The notes under the pieces are model-generated. The model was given only the letters and a program-made list of their open reading frames with translations. It made no database searches and was not told the DNA's origin. From positions 17,450 through 81,449 of IMG/VR virus record IMGVR_UViG_3300020045_007008: a stretch of 64,000 bases of DNA; one strand, written 5' to 3'. This DNA comes from a virus. Shown in pieces: positions 40,104 to 50,929 of this stretch (the first letter of the stretch is position 1; each line of letters starts with the position of its first letter). The translations under genes and the position numbers were made by a program.

Positions 40104-40331
40104 ATGAGTAAAACAAAAGATTTATTAATAGAAGAATTAAATAAAGAAAAAGAATGCATATACTGTAAAGATTGTAAATATAAATATACAGGAAAAAAAC
40201 TAAATAAAAGATTTGAAAAAGTATATGGAGAATATTTCGATGATAGATGTAATCCATATTTTGATAATAAAGAGAATAATTGTAAATATTTTGAATCAAA
40301 TATAAATTGGTTCTGGGGATTATTTAAATAG
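40104..40331 (+). CDS. Small Cys-rich hypothetical protein
   Basis: CKDCKY...C...C pattern. Confidence 0.55.
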   Translation: MSKTKDLLIEELNKEKECIYCKDCKYKYTGKKLNKRFEKVYGEYFDDRCNPYFDNKENNCKYFESNINWFWGLFK

Positions 40332-40390
40332 AATATTAACATTGATAAATATATATGTTTTATACAAGAAAAAAATATAAAAAAAATTAA

Positions 40391-40743
40391 ATAGTATATA
40401 ATGTTCAGAGGTGACTGAATAATCTATTAGTGAGTAGATAAGGTATAGCGAAAATTCATAGGGAATTAGTAGCTAGTTTATGAGTATATGACTTAATCAT
40501 TACTAAAAGGTATCACTACCGAGAGGCTCCAAATAAACTTAATGAGCCAATTATGCGTTAAGATGTTGATGTGCTGACTCCTAGGTTCGGTACAAAGATT
40601 GTATAATTTAGAGCAACAAATCTTAATCTTAAGATTAGCTCCTTATTGATAGAGTAGGCTCTATTGATTTGCAAAAATAAAAGATGAATAAGGTCTCATA
40701 ATAGAGGAAAACCTACTCCTCTCCTCTGAACATTGTATATTAT
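40391..40743 (+). ncRNA. About 350 nt structured RNA with tRNA-like ends
   Basis: GTATATAATGTTCAGAGG pairs with CCTCTGAACATTGTATAT (G-U wobbles); AGAGG/CCTCT T-arm-like hairpin adjacent to the 3' strand; no ORF. Confidence 0.6.
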
Positions 40744-41025
40744 AATATTATGTCATATACTAAAGAAAAAGCAATAGAACAATTGAATAAAGAAAGAGAA
40801 TTAAAATATTTATATTTTAATTATTTTAGACTATTGTTTCAAAAACTATTGAATAGATGATATGAGAATATATATAATTATTTACATATTAATGTATCTT
40901 TTTAATGTAATTGTTACTCCATTTATTTTTGGTGAAAAAAAATCATTCACTGAATTTAATCCTATTGAGTGGCTAGTGCATCTAGTATTTGATTTACCGA
41001 TAATTTATTTTTTATTCAAAACATT

Positions 41026-42521
41026 ATGAAGAAAAATATTAAAGTAGTAGAAAAAATAGAATATATACTAGAAGATAAAGATATTAATATTCTAAAAGAT
41101 TGTTTAAATTATTGTTTTCATAGAGCGACTAAACATAAAACACCGATGACTGGTAAAGATAATGATATAAATAGACTAAGACAAGATTTAGATATTATCG
41201 AAACAAGAGAAAATAAAAAAATAAAAATCCCAGTACACGATTGTAGTAATGATTGTAGATGCAATAGAACAATAGATGATGAAAATATAAGTATGATATT
41301 TATTTAAGAATATCAATAAAATAATGTAAAAAAATATGTATAAATGTACACTATGTAATCACGAGTTCGAAAAACCAATGAAAATAACCAAAGGAAGTAT
41401 TGTAATAGAAATTATATTATGGTTATGTTTATTATTTCCTGGAGTTATATATTCACTATGGCGAGTAACAAGTAGATATAAAGCTTGTCCAAAATGTGGA
41501 TGGAATCATTTAATGATATTATAAAATGATTACTAATAACACAAAATTTAGAGTATTCGATAAAGAACAAAATAAAATGTTATATTATGATACTGATATA
41601 GTACCTAACATGACACTAAATGGAGTATTAATAGATGATAAAGGAAGTAATGTAAGCAATAGATATATATTAATGCAATATACTGGTAAGAATGATTCAA
41701 ACGGCAAAGAGATATATGAAAGTGATATAGCATATATAAAGTGGTTAAATATGATACATTATAAAACAGAAAAGGCAATAATAAGAAAAGAAGATATAAC
41801 ATATAGAGCATATTTATCAAATGAAAAAAGATTAGGATGTATAGATAGTGATTATTATGATGATTGGCAAGAATGTGAATATATAGCAGTAATAGGCAAT
41901 ATTTATGAAAGATAAATAATTAAATAAATAGTATGAAAATTATGTATAGAATTATAATATTTGCAATAGCAATAACAATAATAACCTTCTTTTTCGCTAG
42001 AATAGTAACTAAAAATGATGATATAGTAAAAGAAGAAAATAAAAACAAAATAAACTTCACCACTACAATGACATTAGAATCTAATAGTGAAGAAAAATTA
42101 GAAGCATTTAAAGAAAGAATAAAAACACTAAAAGACGAAGAGATATTAGACTTATTGCAAACAATACCATTAGAAACTAAACCAGTTTATATTATATATA
42201 AAGAATTAGAAAGAAGACAATATTTTGAAAATAAAAAAATAGATAAAGAAAAGAAAGCATTAGAGATAATAGATGAATATTTTAGATAATATGGATAATA
42301 TAAATTCAAAACAATGGGAAGAATTTAAAAAATGGTGGGAAGAAGAGATAAATAGATTATACTCATGTAAATCAAAACAATTAATAGGTAAATATATTCC
42401 AGAAAAAACAATAGAAGAATATAATAGATGGTTATTAGATAATGATAAAAATAAAGTAATAAAAAATATCCAATGTTCGCACCAAATAATGGAATGTGCT
42501 ATAGATGTAAAAAAGATATAG
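41026..42521 (+). other. Small ORF cluster including a Zn-ribbon membrane protein (41336-41524) and a YopX-family protein (41526-41915)
   Basis: KFR.FD...LMQYTG..D.NGKEIYESDI...VIGNIYE is the YopX pattern; CTLC-TM-CPKC in the small protein. Confidence 0.7.
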
Positions 42522-42713
42522 TAACAGAAAAATGGGCAACAGAACATATAGTAGGATGTCCAAAATGTAATAAGAGTTATTGTGATTAATATAAACAAAA
42601 GTAATAAAAATGTAAATTAAAACAAAAAAAGAATGTATAAAAATGCTTGTCAAAACAATTAAAAAACTAATAAATACTAATAGAGTAGTAAAAGAACGTA
42701 TATATAATAACAT

Positions 42714-42736
42714 ACACCTGTTTTGGGTGTTTTTTT
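42714..42736 (+). terminator. Terminator candidate
   Basis: ACACC-loop-GGTGT followed by a T run. Confidence 0.5.
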
Positions 42737-42798
42737 ATTTAATATAAACGAAAATATAATAATTAATAAGAATAAGATAAAGAAGATAAATAAACTTT

Positions 42799-42990
42799 AT
42801 GAAATATACTAGTAACAATATTGGATTACAAATGATATTATTTTTAATCTTTTTAGTATTAAAATTAACTAATACAATAACTTGGTCATGGTGGTGGGTT
42901 ACAGTCCCATTATGGATACCAATTGTAATTATCTTTAGTGTTATTATATTAACTATTATATTCATAACTTTAAAAAATTATTTAAAATAA
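42799..42990 (+). CDS. Small two-TM membrane protein
   Basis: LFLIFLVLKLT..I.WSWWWV..PLWIP motif, common in phages. Confidence 0.7.
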   Translation: MKYTSNNIGLQMILFLIFLVLKLTNTITWSWWWVTVPLWIPIVIIFSVIILTIIFITLKNYLK

Positions 42991-42994
42991 ATAT

Positions 42995-43585
42995 ATGGGA
43001 ACATGGGGAGGATATCAACCTAATGCAGGAAGACCACCTGGTCGACCTAATAATGAAACATTAGAAAGAAGAAAAGTAGAAAAAGCATTACATCAAGCTA
43101 TAATGGCAAAGGCAAATAGACTATTAAAGGCAATGATGTTACAAGCAGAAGGAGAATTCTTTTTAATGAGAGTAGATGAAGAAGAGGGAGAAAAAGGAAA
43201 AAAGAAAAGAGTACATAACATAGTAACTGATTGGAGAGAAATAAAAGAATTTTTTAATGAACATGCACAAGAAATAACTAGTCAAGAAGAGATAGGGGGA
43301 TTATCAGGTAAAGTAGAAGATAACTATTATTATATAAAAACAATTCCAGCAGATTGGAGAGCAATAGAATCGTTATTTGACAGAGTATTTGGTAAATCAA
43401 CACAACATATTAGCACCGATGAAGGTGGTAGTGAAAGAGATAATTATGAGCAACTTAATGGAGAACAACTCGATAGACACATTGAAGAACTTAGAGCAAG
43501 AATTGCAAAGGTTAGAGATGCTAAAGGTGAGGGAACAGAAAATACTGGAACTGGAGAATCTGAAACTAAAACTGAAGAGCCATAA
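42995..43585 (+). CDS. Terminase small subunit
   Basis: GG.QPNAGRP.G N-terminus and AIESL.DRVFGK..Q motif; directly upstream of terL. Confidence 0.7.
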   Translation: MGTWGGYQPNAGRPPGRPNNETLERRKVEKALHQAIMAKANRLLKAMMLQAEGEFFLMRVDEEEGEKGKKKRVHNIVTDWREIKEFFNEHAQEITSQEEIGGLSGKVEDNYYYIKTIPADWRAIESLFDRVFGKSTQHISTDEGGSERDNYEQLNGEQLDRHIEELRARIAKVRDAKGEGTENTGTGESETKTEEP

Positions 43586-45092
43586 ATATGAATCATATTT
43601 GAATTGGGTTGAAAAATATTGGTCAGTTAGAGGTAAACCACTAGACCTTGGTAAATATAATGGTGGTAATCATACATACGTTGAAAGATTATATGAAGAC
43701 CAACATCCAGACATAACATATAAGAAGTCAGCTCAAGCGGGTATTACTGAAAGACTATTAACTGAAGCACTATGGATACCAGACCAGTTTAGAGAAAATT
43801 CATTATATATGTTTCCTACCAGTGGAACAGTAGCTGATTTAGTACAAGAAAGATTAGATGAGCCTATTAATAATAGTAAATATTTATCAGCAGTTTCAGG
43901 TAGAGCAAAGAAGATAATGAAAAAACAGGCAGATAAGGTGGGATTAAAAAGAATGTCAAAAGGATTTATTTATTTTAGAGGTTCAAATAAACCGACACAA
44001 ATTACTTCTGTTTCTGCTGATGCTGTATTTGTAGATGAGTTAGACAGAATGATGATTGAAAGTATTCCATATTTTAAGAAAAGAATGATGCATAGTAAAA
44101 GAAAATGGATTAGATATGGCAGTACTCCAACAATTCCAAATTTCGGTATAGATATAAAATTCAATGAATCAGACCAACATTATTTACATTTAAAATGTAA
44201 TCATTGTAATGAATGGCAAGTATTAGACTTCTGGGAGAATATAGATAAAATAAAAAAAATAATACATTGTAGTAGATGTAAGAAAGAAATAGTTCCATAT
44301 ACTTGTCAATTACAATGGGTTGCTAAATATCCAGATAAAAATAAAAGAGGATATTTCATCAGTCAATTATATAGTCCATTATTAGACCTAAATGACATAA
44401 TAGAAGAGAGTGAAAGAGAAGCAGAGTGGGAGATAATGCAATTCATGAATCAGTCATTAGGATTAACATATGAGCCTAAAGGAGGAAAGATAACAGAGAA
44501 AGATTTAGATGCTTGTAAAAGAGATTATAATATTCCAGCATTGAATGATTATTCTTTTATGGGTATAGACGTAGGTAAAGCATTTCATATAGTAATAGTA
44601 GATGAAAAGAAATTATTATTTACTGGTGAAGTAAGAACAGTAGATGAATTAGTAGGATTAGCAGAACAATATAAAAGTAAGTGTGCAGTTATTGATGGCA
44701 ATCCTGAAGGACGAGCCGCAGAAGAATTTTGTAAAAGAGCTCAAGGAAATAATTTCATGTGTTGGTATGTAGATACGAGTGGTTTTTCTAAAGGACAATG
44801 GTTCAAAATAGAAGAATTAAAAGTAACAACTGGTAGAACAATGAGTTTAGATAAGTCTACCAATATGATAAAGAAACAGAAGATTGAAATACCAAAGAAT
44901 ATCGACATATATATAGACTTTAAAGAGCAAATGAAAAACCTAACTAGAGTACAGAATGAAAATAAAAGCGGTGACATCGTAGCTCAATATTTAAAGACAG
45001 GAGCAGACCATTATAGACATGCATTTAATTATGCAAATCTAGCTAGAGAAATTCATTCAAATGTAGGTGTACCAGAAATATTTACTTTATAA
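43446..45092 (+). CDS. terL: Terminase large subunit, lambda GpA-like
   Basis: KSAQAGITE Walker A, VFVDELD Walker B, STPT, CNHC/CSRC, GIDVG and DH..HA..Y; ATG 43446 has a typical leader. Confidence 0.9.
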   Translation: MSNLMENNSIDTLKNLEQELQRLEMLKVREQKILELENLKLKLKSHKYESYLNWVEKYWSVRGKPLDLGKYNGGNHTYVERLYEDQHPDITYKKSAQAGITERLLTEALWIPDQFRENSLYMFPTSGTVADLVQERLDEPINNSKYLSAVSGRAKKIMKKQADKVGLKRMSKGFIYFRGSNKPTQITSVSADAVFVDELDRMMIESIPYFKKRMMHSKRKWIRYGSTPTIPNFGIDIKFNESDQHYLHLKCNHCNEWQVLDFWENIDKIKKIIHCSRCKKEIVPYTCQLQWVAKYPDKNKRGYFISQLYSPLLDLNDIIEESEREAEWEIMQFMNQSLGLTYEPKGGKITEKDLDACKRDYNIPALNDYSFMGIDVGKAFHIVIVDEKKLLFTGEVRTVDELVGLAEQYKSKCAVIDGNPEGRAAEEFCKRAQGNNFMCWYVDTSGFSKGQWFKIEELKVTTGRTMSLDKSTNMIKKQKIEIPKNIDIYIDFKEQMKNLTRVQNENKSGDIVAQYLKTGADHYRHAFNYANLAREIHSNVGVPEIFTL

Positions 45093-45566
45093 TATATGAG
45101 TATAAAAATAAAAAAACCAAAGAAATGGAGAAAAGGACAAATGATATTTAATTTTTTAGAATGGTTAGCATATGAAAAGAATATGGTTACTATAAATAGA
45201 ATGGCAGACCCATTTTTCTTAACAGACGAAGAATTAGATGAATATTATGAAGAGTTTTTAAAAACAATATTATGAAATATCTAGCTGAATTATATAAAGA
45301 TAATAAACATATCGGTGATGTATTTATAGTAGATGATGAATACGGTGGGGGTTTAAATGGCGGTATATTTTTTAGAGGAATAGATAGTAATATATTAGAA
45401 AGAGATATTCCATTGTTTGATAAATATAAATAAAAAATATGAATAAAATAAATATACTTAAAAAATTATTTCTTGCATTGAATAATAAAGAAGAATGTAA
45501 GAATAATGAATGTAAAAATAAAAGGAGACATTGTTCATGTTATTGTGAAGAATGTAGTGAAAAACT

Positions 45567-45860
45567 ATGGGAGACAAAACACAATGGATAGATACTTGCC
45601 CTGATTGTGGTGAAAATACATTAGAGTGCTATGATGCACCATCATCAGTAATGTGGGTTAGAACTTGTAAATGTGGTTATATAGATAAGAGAGATTATTA
45701 TGAAGATAATAAAAATAATATTTATCTATGTACAGAAGAAGAAGCAATACAAAAAAAATTATTAGTTAAGTGCCCACTATGCAAACAATATTGTAATTGT
45801 TGGCAGATAAAACAAAATAAAGTTTGTTTTGAATGTGAAATACATACAGAAAGACGATAA
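45567..45860 (+). CDS. Multi-CxxC zinc-binding protein
   Basis: CPDC, CKC, CPLC, CFEC. Confidence 0.55.
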   Translation: MGDKTQWIDTCPDCGENTLECYDAPSSVMWVRTCKCGYIDKRDYYEDNKNNIYLCTEEEAIQKKLLVKCPLCKQYCNCWQIKQNKVCFECEIHTERR

Positions 45861-45866
45861 TAGGTA

Positions 45867-45895
45867 TTGACTTTTTTTATATAGTATTATATAAT
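45867..45895 (+). promoter_or_regulatory. sigma70-type promoter
   Basis: TTGACT-17 nt-TATAAT. Confidence 0.8.
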
Positions 45896-45903
45896 ATTAT
45901 TAT

Positions 45904-46224
45904 ATGAAACAATACATAGCAAAAGAACAATTCGGTGAATTATCTATAGAAGAAAAGCATATTTTTTATGACCTATGGTGGGATTATGAAAATCAAAAAT
46001 GGAGAGAAGTAGAGGGTCTAGATTGTGATTTTGTCATGGATAGATGTGAACCAAATATTGGGCAAATGATAGAATTTTTAGGAGATGATTTAAAAAATAC
46101 AATAAATTTCCAATGCAGTTGGGAAGTCATATTAAATAATCTCCCAACCGATAATAGCTTCAATGATGAAAAATTATGTGATGCACTTTGGGAAGCAGTT
46201 AAATATAAAATAAGAAAACAATGA
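45904..46224 (+). CDS. Hypothetical protein, paralog family copy 1
   Basis: KQ.I...PNIGQMIEFLGDD...LCDALWE. Confidence 0.65.
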   Translation: MKQYIAKEQFGELSIEEKHIFYDLWWDYENQKWREVEGLDCDFVMDRCEPNIGQMIEFLGDDLKNTINFQCSWEVILNNLPTDNSFNDEKLCDALWEAVKYKIRKQ

Positions 46225-46632
46225 GAGATATTGAACAAATAATAAAAAAAATAAAAAAAGAAGTTCCAATGACTTGGGATATGAAGATACAATTTTTTGA
46301 TGCTATAGAAGTAATGATGTCAGCCACAAGATGGACAGCACCAGAGATAAGATATATTAGATTTGAAAAATTAGCAAAGATATTAGAAGATTATCTGAGA
46401 AGACCAGAAGAAGAATGGAAACAATATATATGGAAAATATTTAATGGGGATATTAAACAAGACTAATATGACATTATCACAATTTACAAATTTAAACGTA
46501 GCAGATAAGATGGCGACATTAAATAGTCTTTATAAAGGACTAGTTAAATTTACTATAGAATCAAAAGCATATAATGGTGAATATAATAGTGATTTAGAAT
46601 CGTTAAAAAGAACAATGGGAATGAGTTAATTG

Positions 46633-46789
46633 TTTATTTTTAGTTGGTGTGCTATATAACACGACGGTGGGCCAAAACAACGAAGTTATGACTAATATAT
46701 CGCGTAATGATTAGTCCTCTGGAATGCAGTGCTTCTCTACTTCGACTTCGTAAGTTAATTTCAATGAGAAGACACCAACCATGAATAAA
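46633..46789 (+). ncRNA. About 155 nt structured intergenic RNA
   Basis: GTTGGTGT/ACACCAAC closing stem; GACTAAT/ATTAGTC and TTCTC/GAGAA inner stems. Confidence 0.5.
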
Positions 46790-46992
46790 TAATTATATGA
46801 TTATATTTTCAACAGTAATGTTTTTCTTAATATTCATATCAATAGAATATAATTATTTTTTATATGATTTTAAGAAAAGAAATAAATATAGGGGAGGATA
46901 TAATATAGATACTTTTTGGAGAGATGATAAGAAAATGATAATATGGTTATTTATATTATCATTAATTATTTCAATAATAATACAATTGTTTT

Positions 46993-47589
46993 ATGATTAT
47001 ACAAAGTAGCTGGGACGACGGTAGCGAATATGATTATTATCTATGTTCATTATTAAAAAAATATAATATACCAGGGATATTTTATATACCAACTAATAAT
47101 GATTTAAGACAATCAGAAATAAAAGAAATAAGCAAAGACTTCGAAATAGGTGGACACACAGTAACACATCCGAGAGATATGAAATTATTATCTGAAGAAA
47201 ATCAATTTAATGAAATAAAAGAAAATAAAGAATATCTAGAACAACTAATAGGGAAAGAAATAAATTCATTTTGTTATCCTAGAGGTAAATATAATGAGAT
47301 AACATCTAAAATGGTTGAGAAGGCAGGATTTAAAGAAGCTAGAACAACTTGTGTATTATGTATAGATGACCCGATAGATAGATATAGAAAACACACGACA
47401 ATACATGTAAGACCAGATAGACCAGAATATGATAATCAGCATTGGTTAGTGGTAGCAAAAGAATTATTCAATATAGCAAAAAAGAAAGATGGTTATTATC
47501 ATATTTGGGGCCACGGATGGGAAATTGAGAAGTTCCAACAATGGCAAAATTTAGAGATATTATTTAAGTATATAAATAAAAATTTATGA
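46993..47589 (+). CDS. Polysaccharide deacetylase (CE4/NodB)
   Basis: SWDDG, EIGGHT.TH, FCYP.G and H.WGH motifs. Confidence 0.85.
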   Translation: MIIQSSWDDGSEYDYYLCSLLKKYNIPGIFYIPTNNDLRQSEIKEISKDFEIGGHTVTHPRDMKLLSEENQFNEIKENKEYLEQLIGKEINSFCYPRGKYNEITSKMVEKAGFKEARTTCVLCIDDPIDRYRKHTTIHVRPDRPEYDNQHWLVVAKELFNIAKKKDGYYHIWGHGWEIEKFQQWQNLEILFKYINKNL

Positions 47590-47834
47590 AAAAAGGAGAA
47601 TGTGGAAATGAGCTATTAAAAATCATAGTATGTATAATGGTTGGTATGGTTCTATTATCACTCTTACAAACATTATAAAATGAATTGTAATAGATGCAAA
47701 AAGAATATATGTAAAGGATATAATAGACATGTTTTGTATGGTTGGAATGATGAAGAGTATTGTGAGAAGAAAATAAAAATAATACAAGAGCAAGACCCAC
47801 TAGAAGAAACAATTAAATTAATAGAAAAAAGTAT

Positions 47835-48284
47835 ATGTCAACTAAAAAGAAAGAATCAAAAATAGAAATAAAACAATCAAAAGAAGATAAAGAATATGTA
47901 AAGAGAATATTGAATGAAAGAAAAGATATTAGATGTGAATGTAAAGCACAAAAGAAAAATGAAAATGATAGAATAAAATATGGTACTTGTAGATGTGATT
48001 CATATAGTTTAAATACTACATTGGGAAATGTTATTGCTAATTCATTATTTCAATATATAGCTATAGCAAGTCAGATAATTGAAAGAGATGATTTTGATAT
48101 AATTGAAAAACACGCAAGAGCAATAAGAGAATATTCAAATGCTGATATTTGGGATAAATATATAATAAAGAAAGAAAATGCAGAAGATGAACTAACACCT
48201 AATTATGCATATGAGTTAAAAGAACGAGCATGGAGAGAAGCAATATTCTGGTTACAAGAAAATTGGCCATCACTGTGGTGGTGA
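47835..48284 (+). CDS. Hypothetical protein
   Basis: ORF ending LWW. Confidence 0.55.
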   Translation: MSTKKKESKIEIKQSKEDKEYVKRILNERKDIRCECKAQKKNENDRIKYGTCRCDSYSLNTTLGNVIANSLFQYIAIASQIIERDDFDIIEKHARAIREYSNADIWDKYIIKKENAEDELTPNYAYELKERAWREAIFWLQENWPSLWW

Positions 48285-48287
48285 TAT

Positions 48288-48360
48288 AGCGGGGTAGAGA
48301 AGCTGGCATCTCGATTGTTTCATAAGCAATAGGTCGTGGGTTCGAATCCCACCCCCGCAA
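48288..48360 (+). tRNA. tRNA-Met (CAT), initiator-like
   Basis: AGCGGGG/CCCCGCA acceptor with 1:72 mismatch; ATTGT-TTCATAA-GCAAT anticodon arm; GTGGG-TTCGAAT-CCCAC T arm. Confidence 0.88.
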
Positions 48361-48379
48361 CAGAGCACATTGTACAATA

Positions 48380-48453
48380 GCCGAAGTAGCTTAATTGGTC
48401 AGAGCAGTTGATTTGTAATCATCAGGTTGTAGGTTCAAGTCCTATCTTCGGCT
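48380..48453 (+). tRNA. tRNA-Thr (TGT)
   Basis: GCCGAAG/CTTCGGC acceptor; TTTGTAA anticodon loop; GTAGG-TTCAAGT-CCTAT T arm. Confidence 0.9.
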
Positions 48454-48483
48454 CACATATATTTAAAAATTAAATGTAAAGAA

Positions 48484-48765
48484 ATGACAAAACAAAAAAG
48501 TAATATCTCAGAGGTTAATATTATTCCTATTCAACCAAAAAAAGGTTTAGTAGCATTAGCAAGTTGTGTTATAAATGAAGATTTTTATATTGGTTCAATT
48601 GGTATATATACTAAATTGAAAGGTGGATATAGATTAACATATCCAAATAAAAAATCAGGTAGTAGTGTAATAAATATTTTTCATCCCATTTCAAAAGAAC
48701 TGGGGGATGCAATTGAAAATGCAGTAGTAGAAGAATATGAAAAATTAATCAGTATTGATTTGTAA
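48484..48765 (+). CDS. SpoVG-like nucleic acid-binding protein
   Basis: I.EV.I......L.A.AS......F.I..I........L..P...I.HPI.......IE.AV..EY pattern. Confidence 0.7.
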   Translation: MTKQKSNISEVNIIPIQPKKGLVALASCVINEDFYIGSIGIYTKLKGGYRLTYPNKKSGSSVINIFHPISKELGDAIENAVVEEYEKLISIDL

Positions 48766-48766
48766 T

Positions 48767-49630
48767 ATGATTAAAATATATATTCCAAACTTACAAGATA
48801 ATTTAAAAAAGATAGGTGGTGGATTTACTTTTTTAAATAACCTATATAAAGGATTAAAAGATAAAGTTGAATTTGTAGATAATTGGGTTAAGTGTGATAT
48901 AGTATTTATATTTGGTATTACTACAATAGATAAGACTGATATATATAATGCAATTAATGCAGGTAAAAAATTAGTACTCAGAGTAGATAATATTCCTAGA
49001 AAAAGTAGGAACACAAGACAAAGTCCAGTAGAGAGATTAACTGAATTTGGAAATAAAGCAGATATGGTTATATATCAAAGTAAATGGTGTAAAGAATACG
49101 CAGGATATTTTATAGATAATAAGAATGAAATCATTATAAACAATGGTGTAGACACCTCGATATTCAATAGAGATGCACGAGAGACCGATGGTAAGACATA
49201 TTTATATATAAACTATAATGACAATCCAAATAAACGATTTGATGAAGCTCTTTATTGGTTCGATATGCAATATAGATTAGATAATTCTAGTCATCTAATA
49301 ATAGCTGGTAATGTACCAAAAATATATATTGAACATCCAGAATATAATTGGGATTTGCCAACAAATGGAAAGGTTGAATATGTGGGTATAACTAAAACAC
49401 CAAATGATACAGCAAAGCTAATGAAGAGATGTGATTTTCTATTATATCCATCATTCGCTGAAGCCTACCCAAATACGGTGATTGAAGCAATTGCATGTGG
49501 AATGATACCAATACATTTGAATAACATTGGAGGAACAAAAGAAGCAGATAGTAATAATTACGATGAAATAAAAACAATAGAAAAAATGAGCTTAGAATAT
49601 TTAGAAGTTTTTAATAAAATATTAAGTTAA
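48767..49630 (+). CDS. GT-B (GT4-like) glycosyltransferase
   Basis: I.NGVD..F and PS..EAYPNTVIEAIACG motifs. Confidence 0.85.
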   Translation: MIKIYIPNLQDNLKKIGGGFTFLNNLYKGLKDKVEFVDNWVKCDIVFIFGITTIDKTDIYNAINAGKKLVLRVDNIPRKSRNTRQSPVERLTEFGNKADMVIYQSKWCKEYAGYFIDNKNEIIINNGVDTSIFNRDARETDGKTYLYINYNDNPNKRFDEALYWFDMQYRLDNSSHLIIAGNVPKIYIEHPEYNWDLPTNGKVEYVGITKTPNDTAKLMKRCDFLLYPSFAEAYPNTVIEAIACGMIPIHLNNIGGTKEADSNNYDEIKTIEKMSLEYLEVFNKILS

Positions 49631-49635
49631 AAAAT

Positions 49636-49974
49636 ATGGATAGCGAAACAACAATTCAATTTATAGAAAAAATTATCAAAGAAAAGAAACAAGATTTATT
49701 GAGTGTAAGAATGGATATTCTTTTTCATCAATTACAAAAACAAAAATTAGGTAATGAGGATAAGTTGAGAAAATCATTAGCAAAAGAGAAAGATAAAGAC
49801 CCACAAAAAAGAAACAGAGAAGTATTAGAAACATTAGAAGATAAAATAAACAATCTTAATATAATTAATAAAAAACTTAGTGAATTAATTTCAATTGAGC
49901 CACAGATATTAGAATATGTCGAATACCTACAGAAGAATAAATCAAAGATAGAAAAAATGGGATTAGATATTTAA
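49636..49974 (+). CDS. Coiled-coil hypothetical protein
   Basis: ORF in operon. Confidence 0.55.
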   Translation: MDSETTIQFIEKIIKEKKQDLLSVRMDILFHQLQKQKLGNEDKLRKSLAKEKDKDPQKRNREVLETLEDKINNLNIINKKLSELISIEPQILEYVEYLQKNKSKIEKMGLDI

Positions 49975-50127
49975 TTATGTCAGATAATATAATAGAAAAA
50001 ACCAAAACTGGTATTTGGTATAGATGTAATATCTGTTCATCTAAATTTTTTAAAGAGTATAATACTATTTGTGTATGTGGAGATTGTAATTCTTTATGTA
50101 ATAAATGTGATGATTATAGTTAAATAA

Positions 50128-50748
50128 ATGAATAAAATAAAATTAAATTTAGGTTGCGGTGTAAGATTAAGAAGTGGCTATATAAATGTTGATAATTATT
50201 TTGATATGAAACAATTAAAAAGTGAAGATAAGCTTTTTAATAATGTGATTATTGAAGATGATGCAGAATTTATACAAGCAAATATTTTAAATTTACCATT
50301 TGATAATGATTATGTAGATTATATATTATTCATTGATGTAATTGAACATTTAAAAATAAGAGAAGTAATTCCCGGATTACAAGAAATATATAGAGTAATG
50401 AAACCTAATGCAACAATGACACTAATGACAATTGATTATGTTGGATTGTGTAGAGATTTTTTAGATTTAGATAAACAATTCCATAAAGATAAGAAATTAT
50501 ATTTAGATGCATATGCAGAAATAGCAATGGCAATATATGGTAATCAAATAGGTAAACACGATGGTGAACATCATAAGGTACCATTCAATGATATTTTTTT
50601 AAGTTATTGTTTGAATGAAGCAGGATTCAATAAATTTGAAATAATAAAAGTGCCATATGGTTGTAAAAATCCAGAAGGATTAGATGGATTGAGTGATATT
50701 CCTGGAGTAAATAAATATGATATGATAATAGCTAAAGTAACAAAATGA
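50128..50748 (+). CDS. Class I SAM-dependent methyltransferase
   Basis: LNLGCG, LPF, VIEHL and RVMKP motifs. Confidence 0.85.
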   Translation: MNKIKLNLGCGVRLRSGYINVDNYFDMKQLKSEDKLFNNVIIEDDAEFIQANILNLPFDNDYVDYILFIDVIEHLKIREVIPGLQEIYRVMKPNATMTLMTIDYVGLCRDFLDLDKQFHKDKKLYLDAYAEIAMAIYGNQIGKHDGEHHKVPFNDIFLSYCLNEAGFNKFEIIKVPYGCKNPEGLDGLSDIPGVNKYDMIIAKVTK

Positions 50749-50929
50749 AGGGAACAATATATAATTTTTTTCCAGTAACAGTAAATGAAAATGATGATGA
50801 ATGTGATGCAATAGATTGTTGGCAATGGGCATATTTTGGTTGGCTATTTGAATTTATAACTTATTGTAGAATTCTTGTTGCTATATTATTCAATATGGAA
50901 CAAGCACCATTTTTAATTAAGATAAAAAA

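Noticed and set aside
40391-40743. Canonical tmRNA
   Set aside because: No GGGG start, G3-U70 pair, TTCRA T-loop or CCA end recognised; kept as an unknown ncRNA.
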